Part shown: positions 1 through 9,644 of the stretch, piece by piece
Numbering within the stretch: position 1 is the stretch's first letter
How the letters are laid out: each line of letters opens with the position of its first letter
DNA from: an uncultured Candidatus Thioglobus sp.
GTDB lineage: Bacteria; Pseudomonadota; Gammaproteobacteria; PS1; Pseudothioglobaceae
DNA length: 64,000 bases
Assembly (NCBI GenBank): GCA_964577715.1
Contig: CAZOAA010000001.1
Coordinates: forward strand, 13,396 to 77,395
Direction of reading: 5' to 3'
The notes under the pieces: model-generated
The model's database searches: none
Told to the model about the DNA's origin: nothing
Seen by the model: the letters and a program-made list of their open reading frames with translations, nothing else
Program-made: the position numbers and the translations under genes

Positions 1-1
1 T

Positions 2-1375
2 AATTATTTCTATAAAAAAAATGCTTTATACAGTATATATACTCCCCCAAAAAATGTATTAGAGAAAGAAGTTTCAGCCTTTCCATACATAAGTTATAAA
101 GATGTTGAAAATGGTATTGATCTAGAAAGAAAAAAATTTGCCTTAAACAATAGATTGGGATTTAAAAAAACCTCTTGGAATTTATTTGTTGAACTGTATT
201 TTTCAATAATTAAAAACATCAAAACAGTTGGTTTTGGAGAAAACATACCGGTTAAGAATGAAATTGCTATAAATTTTTTAAAAAATAAAATTAAGGTAAA
301 GTTTTTAAGAAATAATGGGGTGGCGGTTAAAGAGGTGTATGCGCAACTACAAATTTTGAAAAAATATATAGGAGAAATTTGCTCTAATTTAGATGCAAAT
401 GAAGTATCTAATTCGTTATTTTTATTAATAGAGAGGCATATTAAAGGTCACGTCTCTAAATACGATCATAAGATTAAATGCGACCTTGTTGTTGTTGGGT
501 CATTATCGGAAAAAACAAATCAATTAAATGCAGTGATTGCAAATAGATTGAAAACCCCTGTATTAACTATGTTTCATGGTGAGGGGGACCAGTCTATATA
601 CGATGAGCCTAGATTTGGATATTGTGAAATGGTATTTGTTGACTATATATTAGGTCATGGATCATTAAATTCATACAATACAAAAAACTCTAAATATCTA
701 AATTCTGTAATTTTGAACAACCCAATTTATATACCTTCAAGCTCTGATTTTATTAAAAGCATTTATAATGGCGGCGCTATCCTCCCTATTGATAATTTAT
801 CTAAATTTCAGTGGATGTATGTCCCAGATTCACTTCAATTTGTTTCTCAATGGGGTCCTTATGGTGGTTATATTAATGACATGCTATATCTGAAATGGCA
901 AAAATCAGTTGTGTCTGCGTTTCCAAATTTAGTATACAAAAGACACCCAAAAGGTAATGTACTGTTTAGAGAGATGTCTAATAATGAGCTGGAAGAGTGG
1001 ATTAATCCCAATCATAGATTCAATGTAACAATTACTAGTGAAAATTTTTATAATATTTATAATGATTGTGATGGGTATGTTTTTGATACTGTTTCTACAG
1101 CATTTATGGTCGCAGTGGCTACCGATAAGCCTATAATTTATTTCAATATAGGTAAAAGGAATTTTAGAAAGGATGTAAAGAAAAAGATAAAAGAAAGGTG
1201 TTTATGGATTGATCATGATCCAGAAGATGATATAAATTTTGATGAAATTTCTAAGAAAATATTAAATTTTAATGGTATTAATAGGGTTACAGAATTATAT
1301 TCGCTTGACTTGCATAATGAATACAATGATAGGGGTGATGTGTTATTAAATTTTATCGATCATTTTGATCTATGA
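2..1375 (+). CDS. 5'-partial hypothetical protein; possible TagF/KpsC-like glycan transferase (function tentative)
   Basis: The frame of the 155..1375 ORF stays open back to nt 2 with no stop. The TTG at 155 is therefore probably not the start, and the gene enters from upstream of the window. The C-terminal YKRHPKGN ... DGYVFDTVSTAFMVAVATDKPIIYFN resembles the HP / S-T-rich / small-helix motif of TagF- or KpsC-type GT-B transferases. Confidence 0.4.
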   Translation, partial: NYFYKKNALYSIYTPPKNVLEKEVSAFPYISYKDVENGIDLERKKFALNNRLGFKKTSWNLFVELYFSIIKNIKTVGFGENIPVKNEIAINFLKNKIKVKFLRNNGVAVKEVYAQLQILKKYIGEICSNLDANEVSNSLFLLIERHIKGHVSKYDHKIKCDLVVVGSLSEKTNQLNAVIANRLKTPVLTMFHGEGDQSIYDEPRFGYCEMVFVDYILGHGSLNSYNTKNSKYLNSVILNNPIYIPSSSDFIKSIYNGGAILPIDNLSKFQWMYVPDSLQFVSQWGPYGGYINDMLYLKWQKSVVSAFPNLVYKRHPKGNVLFREMSNNELEEWINPNHRFNVTITSENFYNIYNDCDGYVFDTVSTAFMVAVATDKPIIYFNIGKRNFRKDVKKKIKERCLWIDHDPEDDINFDEISKKILNFNGINRVTELYSLDLHNEYNDRGDVLLNFIDHFDL

Positions 1376-3102
1376 TTAATCAGCTAAAGCAATTATGGAG
1401 TCACCTGGATGGTAGGCGGCATAGGCAATTTCTCGCATTACTATTGTTAATGGTTTTTTCCTCTGCACTGGAGGTTGTGAGTATTGGGGCGGTTGTTCCT
1501 TTTTTAGGAGTGTTGACATCTCCAGACGTAATTTTTAATCATTCACTTGCACAGCCTTTTGTAAATTTTTTCAATATAAACCATTCTGGAGAGTTGGTCC
1601 AGCCTTTAATTTTATTGTTTGTTGCACTGGTGGTTTTTTCTGGACTTATTAAGATATTATCGTTATATTTGACTACTAAATTTTCTTTTTCGATTGGTGC
1701 AGATATAAGTATAAAAATTTATCGTTTGACTTTGTATCAGGATTATTTGACTCATGCAAATAGAAATAGCAGTGATGTAATTAATGGCGTTATACAGAAA
1801 ACTAATCAGATTTCTGGTGGCGTATTTAGTTCATTTATAGCTATGCTAAATTCAAGCATCTTATTATTTGCAGTTATTTTGGCATTGATTATTGTTGATG
1901 CCGAGATTGCATTTGGAATTGCATCGATATTTTTTGTTTTTTATTTTGTGCTTATGCGTATTACCAGGAAAAGAATTAGAGAAAACAGTTTGTTTATAGC
2001 TAAACATACAACAAATATAATAAAATCTCTTCAAGAGGGTTTGGGCGGCATAAGGGATATTATTATTAATAATAGCCAAGAGTTATATTGTAAACTTTAT
2101 AGAAATTCTGACATCCCTGTGCGTCAAAAATCTGCAGAGAATGCATTTATTGGTGGAGCTCCTAAATATTTGATAGAAATGTTGGGAATGGCATTAATCG
2201 CATTAACAGTATTTTTTTTTAATTCTAGAGATGGTAGTCTTGGTGACTATATTCCAGTGGTTGGCGCTCTGGCTCTTGCGGCACAAAGAATACTCCCTGC
2301 GCTGCAACAAGTTTACAAATCTTACTCGACTGTAAAAAGTTTACAATATTCTATCGATGATGTTTTAGCCTTCCTAAGCCAAACACCTTCAGAGGATATA
2401 CACAGCACGGGAAAAGTGAGCGCACTTCCATTTGACACTGAAATACACTTAAAAGATATACGGTTTAAATATGACGATAAGAAAAAATGGATATTAAATA
2501 ATATTGATCTAACAATAGCCAAAGGTGATAAGGTTGGGTTTATTGGAGAAACAGGGTGTGGTAAGAGTACATTATTAGACATTGTTATGGGTCTGATCAC
2601 CCCGAAAAAGGGAGGGGTGTTTGTTGATGGTCAGTTGGTGAATGAAAAAAACAAAACCTTCTGGCAACGAAATATTGCACATGTTCCGCAAAGTATATTT
2701 TTATCTGATAGTAGTATTATGGAAAATATAGCATTTGGAGTGCCTGTGGGCGATATTAACAATGATCTTGTTAAGGATGTTGCAAAGCAAGCTGAGATTG
2801 ATTCGGTAATTGAGCAGTTGCCACAAAAATATCAAACAATAGTGGGAGAAAATGGCATGCGTCTATCTGGAGGTCAGAGACAGAGAATAGGTATTGCTAG
2901 AGCATTATATAAGCAAGCAAGTATTTTGATCCTTGATGAGGCGACTAGTGCGCTCGATCCAGATACTGAGAAGAGAGTGATGAATACTATTGACAATCTT
3001 AGTAAAGATTTGACTGTATTGATTATTGCGCACAGAATGTCAACTTTAAAAGAGTGTGATATGATTGTGAAGGTTCATCCTAATGGGATTAGATTTGAAT
3101 AA
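1372..3102 (+). CDS. Fused TMD-NBD ABC exporter (MsbA/PglK-like; candidate lipid-linked glycan flippase/exporter)
   Basis: Hydrophobic N-terminal half. Walker A GETGCGKST, Q-loop HVPQS, ABC signature LSGGQRQR, Walker B ILILDEATSALD, H-loop IAHR. ATGA overlap with the upstream ORF. Confidence 0.85.
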   Translation: MINQLKQLWSHLDGRRHRQFLALLLLMVFSSALEVVSIGAVVPFLGVLTSPDVIFNHSLAQPFVNFFNINHSGELVQPLILLFVALVVFSGLIKILSLYLTTKFSFSIGADISIKIYRLTLYQDYLTHANRNSSDVINGVIQKTNQISGGVFSSFIAMLNSSILLFAVILALIIVDAEIAFGIASIFFVFYFVLMRITRKRIRENSLFIAKHTTNIIKSLQEGLGGIRDIIINNSQELYCKLYRNSDIPVRQKSAENAFIGGAPKYLIEMLGMALIALTVFFFNSRDGSLGDYIPVVGALALAAQRILPALQQVYKSYSTVKSLQYSIDDVLAFLSQTPSEDIHSTGKVSALPFDTEIHLKDIRFKYDDKKKWILNNIDLTIAKGDKVGFIGETGCGKSTLLDIVMGLITPKKGGVFVDGQLVNEKNKTFWQRNIAHVPQSIFLSDSSIMENIAFGVPVGDINNDLVKDVAKQAEIDSVIEQLPQKYQTIVGENGMRLSGGQRQRIGIARALYKQASILILDEATSALDPDTEKRVMNTIDNLSKDLTVLIIAHRMSTLKECDMIVKVHPNGIRFE

Positions 3103-3187
3103 CTATTTAAATACTAGATGTTGATAATCAATGAGTCCTATAATAGAATACAATTGTCTTTTTAAATCATAAGTTGATGGATTTTTT

Positions 3188-3961
3188 ATGAAGGCGGTAA
3201 TATTGGCAGGTGGGCTGGGCACTCGATTAAGTGAGGAGACTGCACTTAAGCCCAAGCCAATGGTTGAAATTGGTAACATGCCAATTCTTTGGCATATTAT
3301 GAAAACTTACTCTTACCATGGTGTAAATGATTTTATTATTTGTTGTGGTTACAAAGGGTATGTCATAAAAGAATATTTTTCTAACTATTTTTTACATATG
3401 TCAGATGTTACATTTTGTATGAAGGATCAATCCATGAAAGTTCATCAAAATAACGCAGAACCTTGGACGGTTACCTTGGTTGATACAGGTGATAATACTT
3501 TAACTGGTGGACGTTTAAAACGTGTTTATGATTATATAAAAAATGATGACGCTTGTTGCTTTACCTATGGAGATGGTGTAAGTGATGTAGATATTTCCAG
3601 TCTAATTGAGTTCCATAAAAACCATGGTAAGTTAGCTACACTTACTGCTACACGTCCAACCGGAAGATTTGGCTCACTGAAAATATCTAAAGATAACACT
3701 GTTAACAGTTTTAAAGAAAAAATAAATAGTGACGAAAGTTGGATTAATGGCGGATATTTTGTCCTTTCCCCTAAAGTTATTGAATATATAGATGGTGATA
3801 ATATGGCATGGGAAGAACAGCCTTTAAGAAAGTTATCTAATGAAGGTAATTTAATGTCTTTTAAGCATGATGGATTTTGGCAGCCCATGGATACTTTATA
3901 TGAAAAAATAATGCTAAATAAATTATGGGATAGTGGAAAAGCGCCTTGGAAGGTTTGGTAG
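3188..3961 (+). CDS. rfbF: Glucose-1-phosphate cytidylyltransferase
   Basis: N-terminus MKAVILAGGLGTRLSEET..KPKPMVEIG..PILWHIMK, 257 aa, directly followed by a CDP-glucose 4,6-dehydratase homologue. Confidence 0.9.
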   Translation: MKAVILAGGLGTRLSEETALKPKPMVEIGNMPILWHIMKTYSYHGVNDFIICCGYKGYVIKEYFSNYFLHMSDVTFCMKDQSMKVHQNNAEPWTVTLVDTGDNTLTGGRLKRVYDYIKNDDACCFTYGDGVSDVDISSLIEFHKNHGKLATLTATRPTGRFGSLKISKDNTVNSFKEKINSDESWINGGYFVLSPKVIEYIDGDNMAWEEQPLRKLSNEGNLMSFKHDGFWQPMDTLYEKIMLNKLWDSGKAPWKVW

Positions 3962-5013
3962 TGGATTCAAAATTTTGGAAAGGGCGTAGAGTATTCTTAA
4001 CGGGCCATACTGGGTTTAAGGGGGGGTGGATTGCACTATGGCTTTCGCATATGGGGGCAAAAGTTTATGGGTATTCTTTGGCGCCATTAACAACGCCTAG
4101 CTTCTTTACTGAAACTAAATTGTCTGAACGAGTGGAGCGTTCGATAATGGGTGACATTAGGGATATAGAAAACTTAAAAAAATCTTTATTAGAGTCAAGG
4201 GCAAGTGTCGTCATTCATATGGCTGCACAGCCTCTCGTTCGAAAGTCTTATGCTGATCCAGTAGAAACATACTCTACCAATGTAATGGGTACAGTTAATA
4301 TTTTTGAGGCAATTCGACAAACAAATACAGTTAAAGCGGTTGTTAATATTACAACAGATAAGTGCTATGAAAATATGGAATGGGTGTGGCCCTATCGTGA
4401 AAATGATCGTTTAGGTGGCTATGACCCCTATTCATCTAGTAAGTCCTGCGCTGAAATAGTATCATCAGCTTATCGAAGTTCATTTCTTGCAAGTCAAAAT
4501 ATACATCTAGCGAGTGTTAGAGCGGGGAATGTTATTGGTGGAGGTGACTGGTCTGTTGATCGTTTAATACCAGATTTTTTAAGAGCTATTGAAGCAGGAG
4601 CCTCTCTTAAAATTAGATTGCCAAATGCTGTTAGGCCATGGCAACATGTGTTGGAGCCTTTATCTGGATACTTAATACTAGCTGAAAAGTTAGTTTTATG
4701 TGGTGAAAGATATGCTAGCGAGTGGAATTTTGGTCCAGATGAAAATGACACTAAGTCAGTATCTTGGATTGCCGACTATCTTTGTAGTAATCTTCCTAAC
4801 GCAAGTTGGAGGCATATTGAAACACCTCAGCCTCATGAATCTGGACTACTAAAATTAGATAGTAGCAAAGCAAAGTTGTATTTAGGGTGGTCACCAAAAT
4901 GGAATATAGAGGGCACATTAGATAAGACTATTGAGTGGCACAAGGCGTGGAAACAAGGTAAATGCATGACTGACTTTTCGATAGCTCAAATTGAAGATTA
5001 TCTTGCTATATGA
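3946..5013 (+). CDS. rfbG: CDP-glucose 4,6-dehydratase (a GTG at 3961 is an equally plausible start)
   Basis: FWKGRRVFLTGHTGFKGGW Rossmann N-terminus typical of RfbG/DdhB. Catalytic YSSSK (YxxxK). 355 aa. Confidence 0.88.
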   Translation: MEGLVVDSKFWKGRRVFLTGHTGFKGGWIALWLSHMGAKVYGYSLAPLTTPSFFTETKLSERVERSIMGDIRDIENLKKSLLESRASVVIHMAAQPLVRKSYADPVETYSTNVMGTVNIFEAIRQTNTVKAVVNITTDKCYENMEWVWPYRENDRLGGYDPYSSSKSCAEIVSSAYRSSFLASQNIHLASVRAGNVIGGGDWSVDRLIPDFLRAIEAGASLKIRLPNAVRPWQHVLEPLSGYLILAEKLVLCGERYASEWNFGPDENDTKSVSWIADYLCSNLPNASWRHIETPQPHESGLLKLDSSKAKLYLGWSPKWNIEGTLDKTIEWHKAWKQGKCMTDFSIAQIEDYLAI

Positions 5014-5570
5014 ATCATTTGACAATACATGATACTCATATTTCAGGGCTTCGTATAATTGAGCGTCATTCATTTGAGGATCGCCGAGGATATTTTGAAC
5101 GACTTTACTCCCATAAAGAGTTTGATAGTTTATTGCAGGATAGAATGATCAAGCAAATAAATCATACATTCACCCGTAAAAAAGGCACTGTTCGTGGGCT
5201 ACACTACCAACATCCTCCTTTCTCAGAGGTTAAAATTGTTTCCTGTTTGAAAGGTAGTGTTTGGGATGTTGCAGTTGATCTTAGAAAAAAATCACCAACT
5301 TTTTTGCAATATCATGCGATACGTATGTCAGAAGATGATTCTATTTCTTTCTGGATACCTGAGGGGTTTGCGCACGGTTTTCAAACATTAACCCATGATT
5401 GTAAAATGCTTTATCTACATACTAAAGAATACATGCCAAATTCAGAAGGTGCACTTAATGCAACTGACCCAAAAGTCAAAGTAGAGTGGCCATTAAAAAT
5501 TTCAGATATTTCTGATAAAGATAGAGGGCATCCATTTATCTCTAAGGGCTTTGAGGGAGTAGTTGTATGA
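5010..5570 (+). CDS. RmlC-fold NDP-4-keto-6-deoxyhexose 3,5-epimerase family protein
   Basis: Cupin-type RGLHYQ and WIPEGFAHGFQTL motifs, 186 aa, ATGA overlap with rfbG. Confidence 0.75.
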   Translation: MNHLTIHDTHISGLRIIERHSFEDRRGYFERLYSHKEFDSLLQDRMIKQINHTFTRKKGTVRGLHYQHPPFSEVKIVSCLKGSVWDVAVDLRKKSPTFLQYHAIRMSEDDSISFWIPEGFAHGFQTLTHDCKMLYLHTKEYMPNSEGALNATDPKVKVEWPLKISDISDKDRGHPFISKGFEGVVV

Positions 5571-6796
5571 ATTGCCGCCACTGTAAAAAAGAACTTGTAC
5601 ACACATTTTTAAACCTTGGGTTTTCACCGATATCCAATGCTTATTTGACAGAAGAAGATCTTTCAAAGCCAGAAAAATACTACCCTCTTAATATTAAAAT
5701 TTGCAATCACTGTTGGTTAGTACAAACTGAAGATTATCTCCATGAAGATCAGCTATTTGATTCAAATTATGCTTATTTTTCCAGTACTTCTAGTAGCTGG
5801 ATTGATCATTCTATGAAATATGTTAGAAAGATAACCAAAAAATTAGATTTAGATTCGGAAAGTTTGGTTATTGAAATTGCTTCTAATGATGGATATTTAC
5901 TTAAAAATTTTGTAGAAAATAAAATTCCATGTTTAGGAATTGAGCCTACAGACAGTACTGCAGATGCTGCAGAAGCTTTAGGAATTCCTGTGATTCGAGA
6001 ATTTTTTGTTGAAGATCTTGGTAAAAAGCTTGCTACTGAAGGTAGATTGGCAGATTTAATTATAGGGAATAATGTTTATGCGCATGTGCCTGAAATAAAT
6101 GACTTTACCGCAGGTCTTAAGGCAGTACTAAAAGAAAATGGAACTATTACTCTAGAATTTCCTCACCTATTGAATTTAATTGATCAGAATCAGTTTGATA
6201 CCATCTATCATGAGCATTTTTCATATCTGTCGTTATATACAGTTAGTAAAATATTTGCTATGCACGATCTAAGGATTTATGATGTAGAGCGGGTATTGAC
6301 ACATGGTGGAAGTTTGCGTATTTACGGCTGCCATTATAAGAGTCAATTAATAGAAAACTCAACTGTTCAAAAGATGCTGGAATTGGAAGAACAGTATGGG
6401 TTGAAACGATTAAATACTTATCAGAATTTTCAACAGCGAGTTGACAGGGTTAAAAATAGCTTGTTATATTTTTTAATTCAGCAGAAGCAGCTGGGAAAAA
6501 CCGTCTCAGCCTATGGTGCGGCGGCAAAAGGTAATACGCTACTAAATTATGCGGGTATTAAGCCTGATCTACTCCCTTTTGTTTGTGATGCAGCACCTAT
6601 TAAGCAGGGAAAATATATGCCTGGTAGTCATATACCAATTTTAAAACCTAATGCATTAGAAGTGCAAGCGCCTGATTATGTGTTGATTCTGCCATGGAAT
6701 ATTTCTGAAGAAGTAAAGCAGCAACTTATAAATGATCATTCATTTAAAGGAGATTTTGTAACAGTTATCCCCGAGTTGCAAATTATTAAACAATAG
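5567..6796 (+). CDS. NDP-hexose C-methyltransferase (TylC3-like class I SAM enzyme with N-terminal Zn-ribbon)
   Basis: N-terminal CRHC...CNHC zinc-ribbon pairs, SAM motif VIEIASNDGYLL, about 410 aa length and domain order typical of sugar C3-methyltransferases. Confidence 0.7.
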   Translation: MNCRHCKKELVHTFLNLGFSPISNAYLTEEDLSKPEKYYPLNIKICNHCWLVQTEDYLHEDQLFDSNYAYFSSTSSSWIDHSMKYVRKITKKLDLDSESLVIEIASNDGYLLKNFVENKIPCLGIEPTDSTADAAEALGIPVIREFFVEDLGKKLATEGRLADLIIGNNVYAHVPEINDFTAGLKAVLKENGTITLEFPHLLNLIDQNQFDTIYHEHFSYLSLYTVSKIFAMHDLRIYDVERVLTHGGSLRIYGCHYKSQLIENSTVQKMLELEEQYGLKRLNTYQNFQQRVDRVKNSLLYFLIQQKQLGKTVSAYGAAAKGNTLLNYAGIKPDLLPFVCDAAPIKQGKYMPGSHIPILKPNALEVQAPDYVLILPWNISEEVKQQLINDHSFKGDFVTVIPELQIIKQ

Positions 6797-7920
6797 TGAA
6801 ATCACGCATTCATTATACTAAACCCTCAATAACAGATTTAGAGGTTAAATATGCCGCAGATGCGGCAAAAAATGGTTGGGGTGAAGAATGCTATACTTAC
6901 ATAAGTAATTTTGAAAATCTTTTTAAACAGCACTTAGGTGTAGACTATGCGATAGCAACCTCCAGTTGTACTGGATCGCTTCACATGGGTATGGCTGCAC
7001 TTGGTATAGGGCCGAATGATGAAGTTATTATGGCTGATACCAATTGGATTGCCACAGCATCACCTATTGTTAACCTTGGTGCCAAGCCTGTATTTGTTGA
7101 CATTCTTCCTGATTCATGGTGTATTAATCCTGAGCTAGTAGAGGCAGCAATAACGCCAAATACTAAGGCAATTATTGCGGTACATTTATATGGAAATCTG
7201 TGTGATATGGATCGACTACTGGAAATTGGAAGTAAATATAATATTCCAGTTATTGAAGATGCGGCAGAGGCTATTGGCTCTATCTATCACGGAAAAAGAG
7301 CTGGCTCTATGGGGAAGTTTGGAGTTTTTTCATTTCATGGAACTAAAACTTTAACTACAGGGGAAGGGGGGATTTTTGTTACAAATGATGCAAATCTATA
7401 TGAACGAGTACTAACATTAAGTAATCATGGTCGTTCAAAAGAACAGGTAAAGCAATTTTGGCCTGACTTAGTAGGGTTTAAATATAAAATTTCAAATATT
7501 CAGGCTGCTATAGGTTGTGGCCAGTTAGAACGAATTGATGAGCTGGTTATGAAAAAAAGAGAAGTCTTTAAAATGTACCAGGAGAAATTAAATTCAATTC
7601 CTGGAATAAGCCTCAATTCAGAAGACAAAGGAACGGTAAATGGTGCGTGGATGCCAACTGTTGTTTTTTCTAAGGAATCGGGTGTAAAACGTGAGACTTT
7701 GCAAAGTGCCTTCAAAAGAGAAAATATTGATGCAAGAGTGTTTTTTTGGCCATTGTCTAGCTTACCAATGTTTCAAGCGAAAGAAAAGAATCTGAATGCA
7801 TATTCAATTCCTAAAAGATCTATCAATTTACCTAGTTATCACGATTTGAGCCTTGTAGAGCAACAAAGAGTTGTAGATGTCTTGTATTCTATTTCTTATG
7901 AGTTTGGCTTAAAAAAATGA
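6796..7920 (+). CDS. DegT/DnrJ/EryC1-family PLP-dependent sugar aminotransferase
   Basis: ATSSCTGSLHMGMAALGIGPNDEVI and FSFHGTKTLTTGEGG (PLP-lysine context). 374 aa. Confidence 0.85.
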   Translation: MKSRIHYTKPSITDLEVKYAADAAKNGWGEECYTYISNFENLFKQHLGVDYAIATSSCTGSLHMGMAALGIGPNDEVIMADTNWIATASPIVNLGAKPVFVDILPDSWCINPELVEAAITPNTKAIIAVHLYGNLCDMDRLLEIGSKYNIPVIEDAAEAIGSIYHGKRAGSMGKFGVFSFHGTKTLTTGEGGIFVTNDANLYERVLTLSNHGRSKEQVKQFWPDLVGFKYKISNIQAAIGCGQLERIDELVMKKREVFKMYQEKLNSIPGISLNSEDKGTVNGAWMPTVVFSKESGVKRETLQSAFKRENIDARVFFWPLSSLPMFQAKEKNLNAYSIPKRSINLPSYHDLSLVEQQRVVDVLYSISYEFGLKK

Positions 7921-8651
7921 GAATAATACTTATGGCAGATGGGATAGTTGGGTTTAAGATCGCCCAATACTTATCAAAACAATATCCAGGTGATTTATTT
8001 TTAATTGTTACTATTAAAAAAAATAATATATATAAGTTTTTTAAAAAAAATGGTTTTAATGTATTGGCTTTTGAATCAGAAGAGATTATTTTAAAAAAAC
8101 TTAACCATAAAGAGGTTGACCTTGGAATTCTAGCATGGTGGCCAAATATTATTAGATCACCTTTGATAGATTATCCAAAACAAGGCTTTTTGAACACCCA
8201 TCCAAGTTTCTTACCGTATAATCGCGGGAAGCACTTTAGTTTTTGGGCGATCGTTGAGCAGGCGCCATTTGGAGTATCTATACATTGTGTAAGCAATAAT
8301 ATTGATTCAGGTGATATAATAGCTCAAAAAGAAATAAACTACAACTGGTGTGATAATGGTGAATCTTTATATTATAAGTCCCAGGAAGAGATGTTAAATT
8401 TGTTTATTAAGACTTATCCATCTTTACACATGGGGTGTTTAAGTAAAAAAAAGCAAGATATGTCAAAGGGATCTTATCACCTGTCATGTGAAATTGAAGA
8501 GGCTAGCAAAATTAATCTTGATGATTTGTATACAGGGAGAGACATTCTAAACAAACTAAGGGCTCGAACATTTTCCGGGCATCCTAGTTGTTGGTTTGAG
8601 GATGAAAATATTGTTTATGATGTATCTATAGAAATTAATAAAAAAAAATAA
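7917..8651 (+). CDS. Sugar N-formyltransferase (Fmt/PurN-like formyl-transferase domain)
   Basis: NTHPSFLPYNRG (HxSLLPxxRG-type motif) and downstream IDSGDII. Sits directly after the aminotransferase. Confidence 0.72.
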   Translation: MRIILMADGIVGFKIAQYLSKQYPGDLFLIVTIKKNNIYKFFKKNGFNVLAFESEEIILKKLNHKEVDLGILAWWPNIIRSPLIDYPKQGFLNTHPSFLPYNRGKHFSFWAIVEQAPFGVSIHCVSNNIDSGDIIAQKEINYNWCDNGESLYYKSQEEMLNLFIKTYPSLHMGCLSKKKQDMSKGSYHLSCEIEEASKINLDDLYTGRDILNKLRARTFSGHPSCWFEDENIVYDVSIEINKKK

Positions 8652-8672
8652 TTTAAAAAAAAGTGAAATATT

Positions 8673-9638
8673 ATGGAAGCAAATAAAAGCTATTCCGACA
8701 GAAGTTCCGGATAGGATGTTGAGTCTGGAGTACGGAGTAATTCAGAAATATATGAATTTGACTTTTCAAATGAATCGTCTACCTCAGAAGAAATTAGTGT
8801 CAGTTGGCATTTAGATTCTTACTCAGGAATCCTTGAACATAATGAATTAAAAAGTCTTTCTGACAAAGATAAAGAGTTCGTAAAAGGTATTCAGTTATTA
8901 GAATTTGTCACTAAACAAACAATTTTTGAGATTGATTGTGTTAATTATGTAACTTCTAGACTAACGCATGGGAAATATAAATTTAATTTTTCTGAGTCTT
9001 TAAAGCTTGACGCTTTAAAAGTTTATACCGATGAAGGATATCATGCTTATTACACACAGAAAGTGGCCAATCAGATAAGGCATTATTACCATATTGGTGA
9101 GGACGATATTAGCCCATTTGTTAAAGACTATTATTCAAAGATCGAATTAATTATTTCCAAGTTTGATAAAAAATACAAAGATCTTTGTATGCTGGCATTT
9201 GTTATTGCTGGCGAGAATCAAATTGTCTCAGATCTTTCGAATGATATGCGAAAGATAGTCCATGAGCCTATTCGAAAGATGTTTAGAGATCATATGAAAG
9301 ATGAAGTATTTCATGCTAGATTCTTTAGTATAGTTTTTGAAAAAATTTGGCCTCAACTAAATGCTAAAGAGAAAGAAATTATGGGGTTGTGCTTTTGTGA
9401 CTCTATGGAAATATTAGGATCACCTCGTACTGATATCTATTATTTTTCTTTGGCCAAGCTGGGTTTTAACGAACAACAAATATCGCAATATATCAACGAT
9501 ATATATAATACAATTGAGTGGAAAACAACTAGAATTAGCGCTAGAATGGCTCCAACAATAAGCTTATTAAAATCAAATAATGTTTTTGATATTGAATCAG
9601 TTAAAAATGCGTTTCAGAGAAAAAATTATATAATATAA
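8673..9638 (+). pseudogene. Ferritin-like di-iron oxygenase (AurF-like fold) interrupted by an in-frame TAG at codon 14
   Basis: ATG at 8673 and the 9063..9638 ORF are in the same frame. The only stop between them is TAG at 8712..8714. The 116 codons between the TAG and the GTG at 9063 contain no ATG/GTG/TTG. Two ExxH motifs (DEGYHAYY at about 9030, DEVFHARFF) plus upstream and mid-protein Glu residues fit an E...ExxH...E...ExxH four-helix-bundle di-iron site. Confidence 0.5.
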
Positions 9639-9644
9639 GTAGCA

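Noticed and set aside
3103-3187. Possible sigma70-type promoter in the 85-bp gap before rfbF (TTGATA 3121..3126 and TATAAT 3139..3144). A similar TTGTAT/TATAAT pair sits in the 13743..13790 gap.
   Set aside because: The spacers are only about 12 nt and 10 nt, against the 16-19 nt needed. Hexamers like these arise easily in AT-rich DNA. The organism's promoter consensus is unknown, and it appears SD-poor and may use non-canonical signals.
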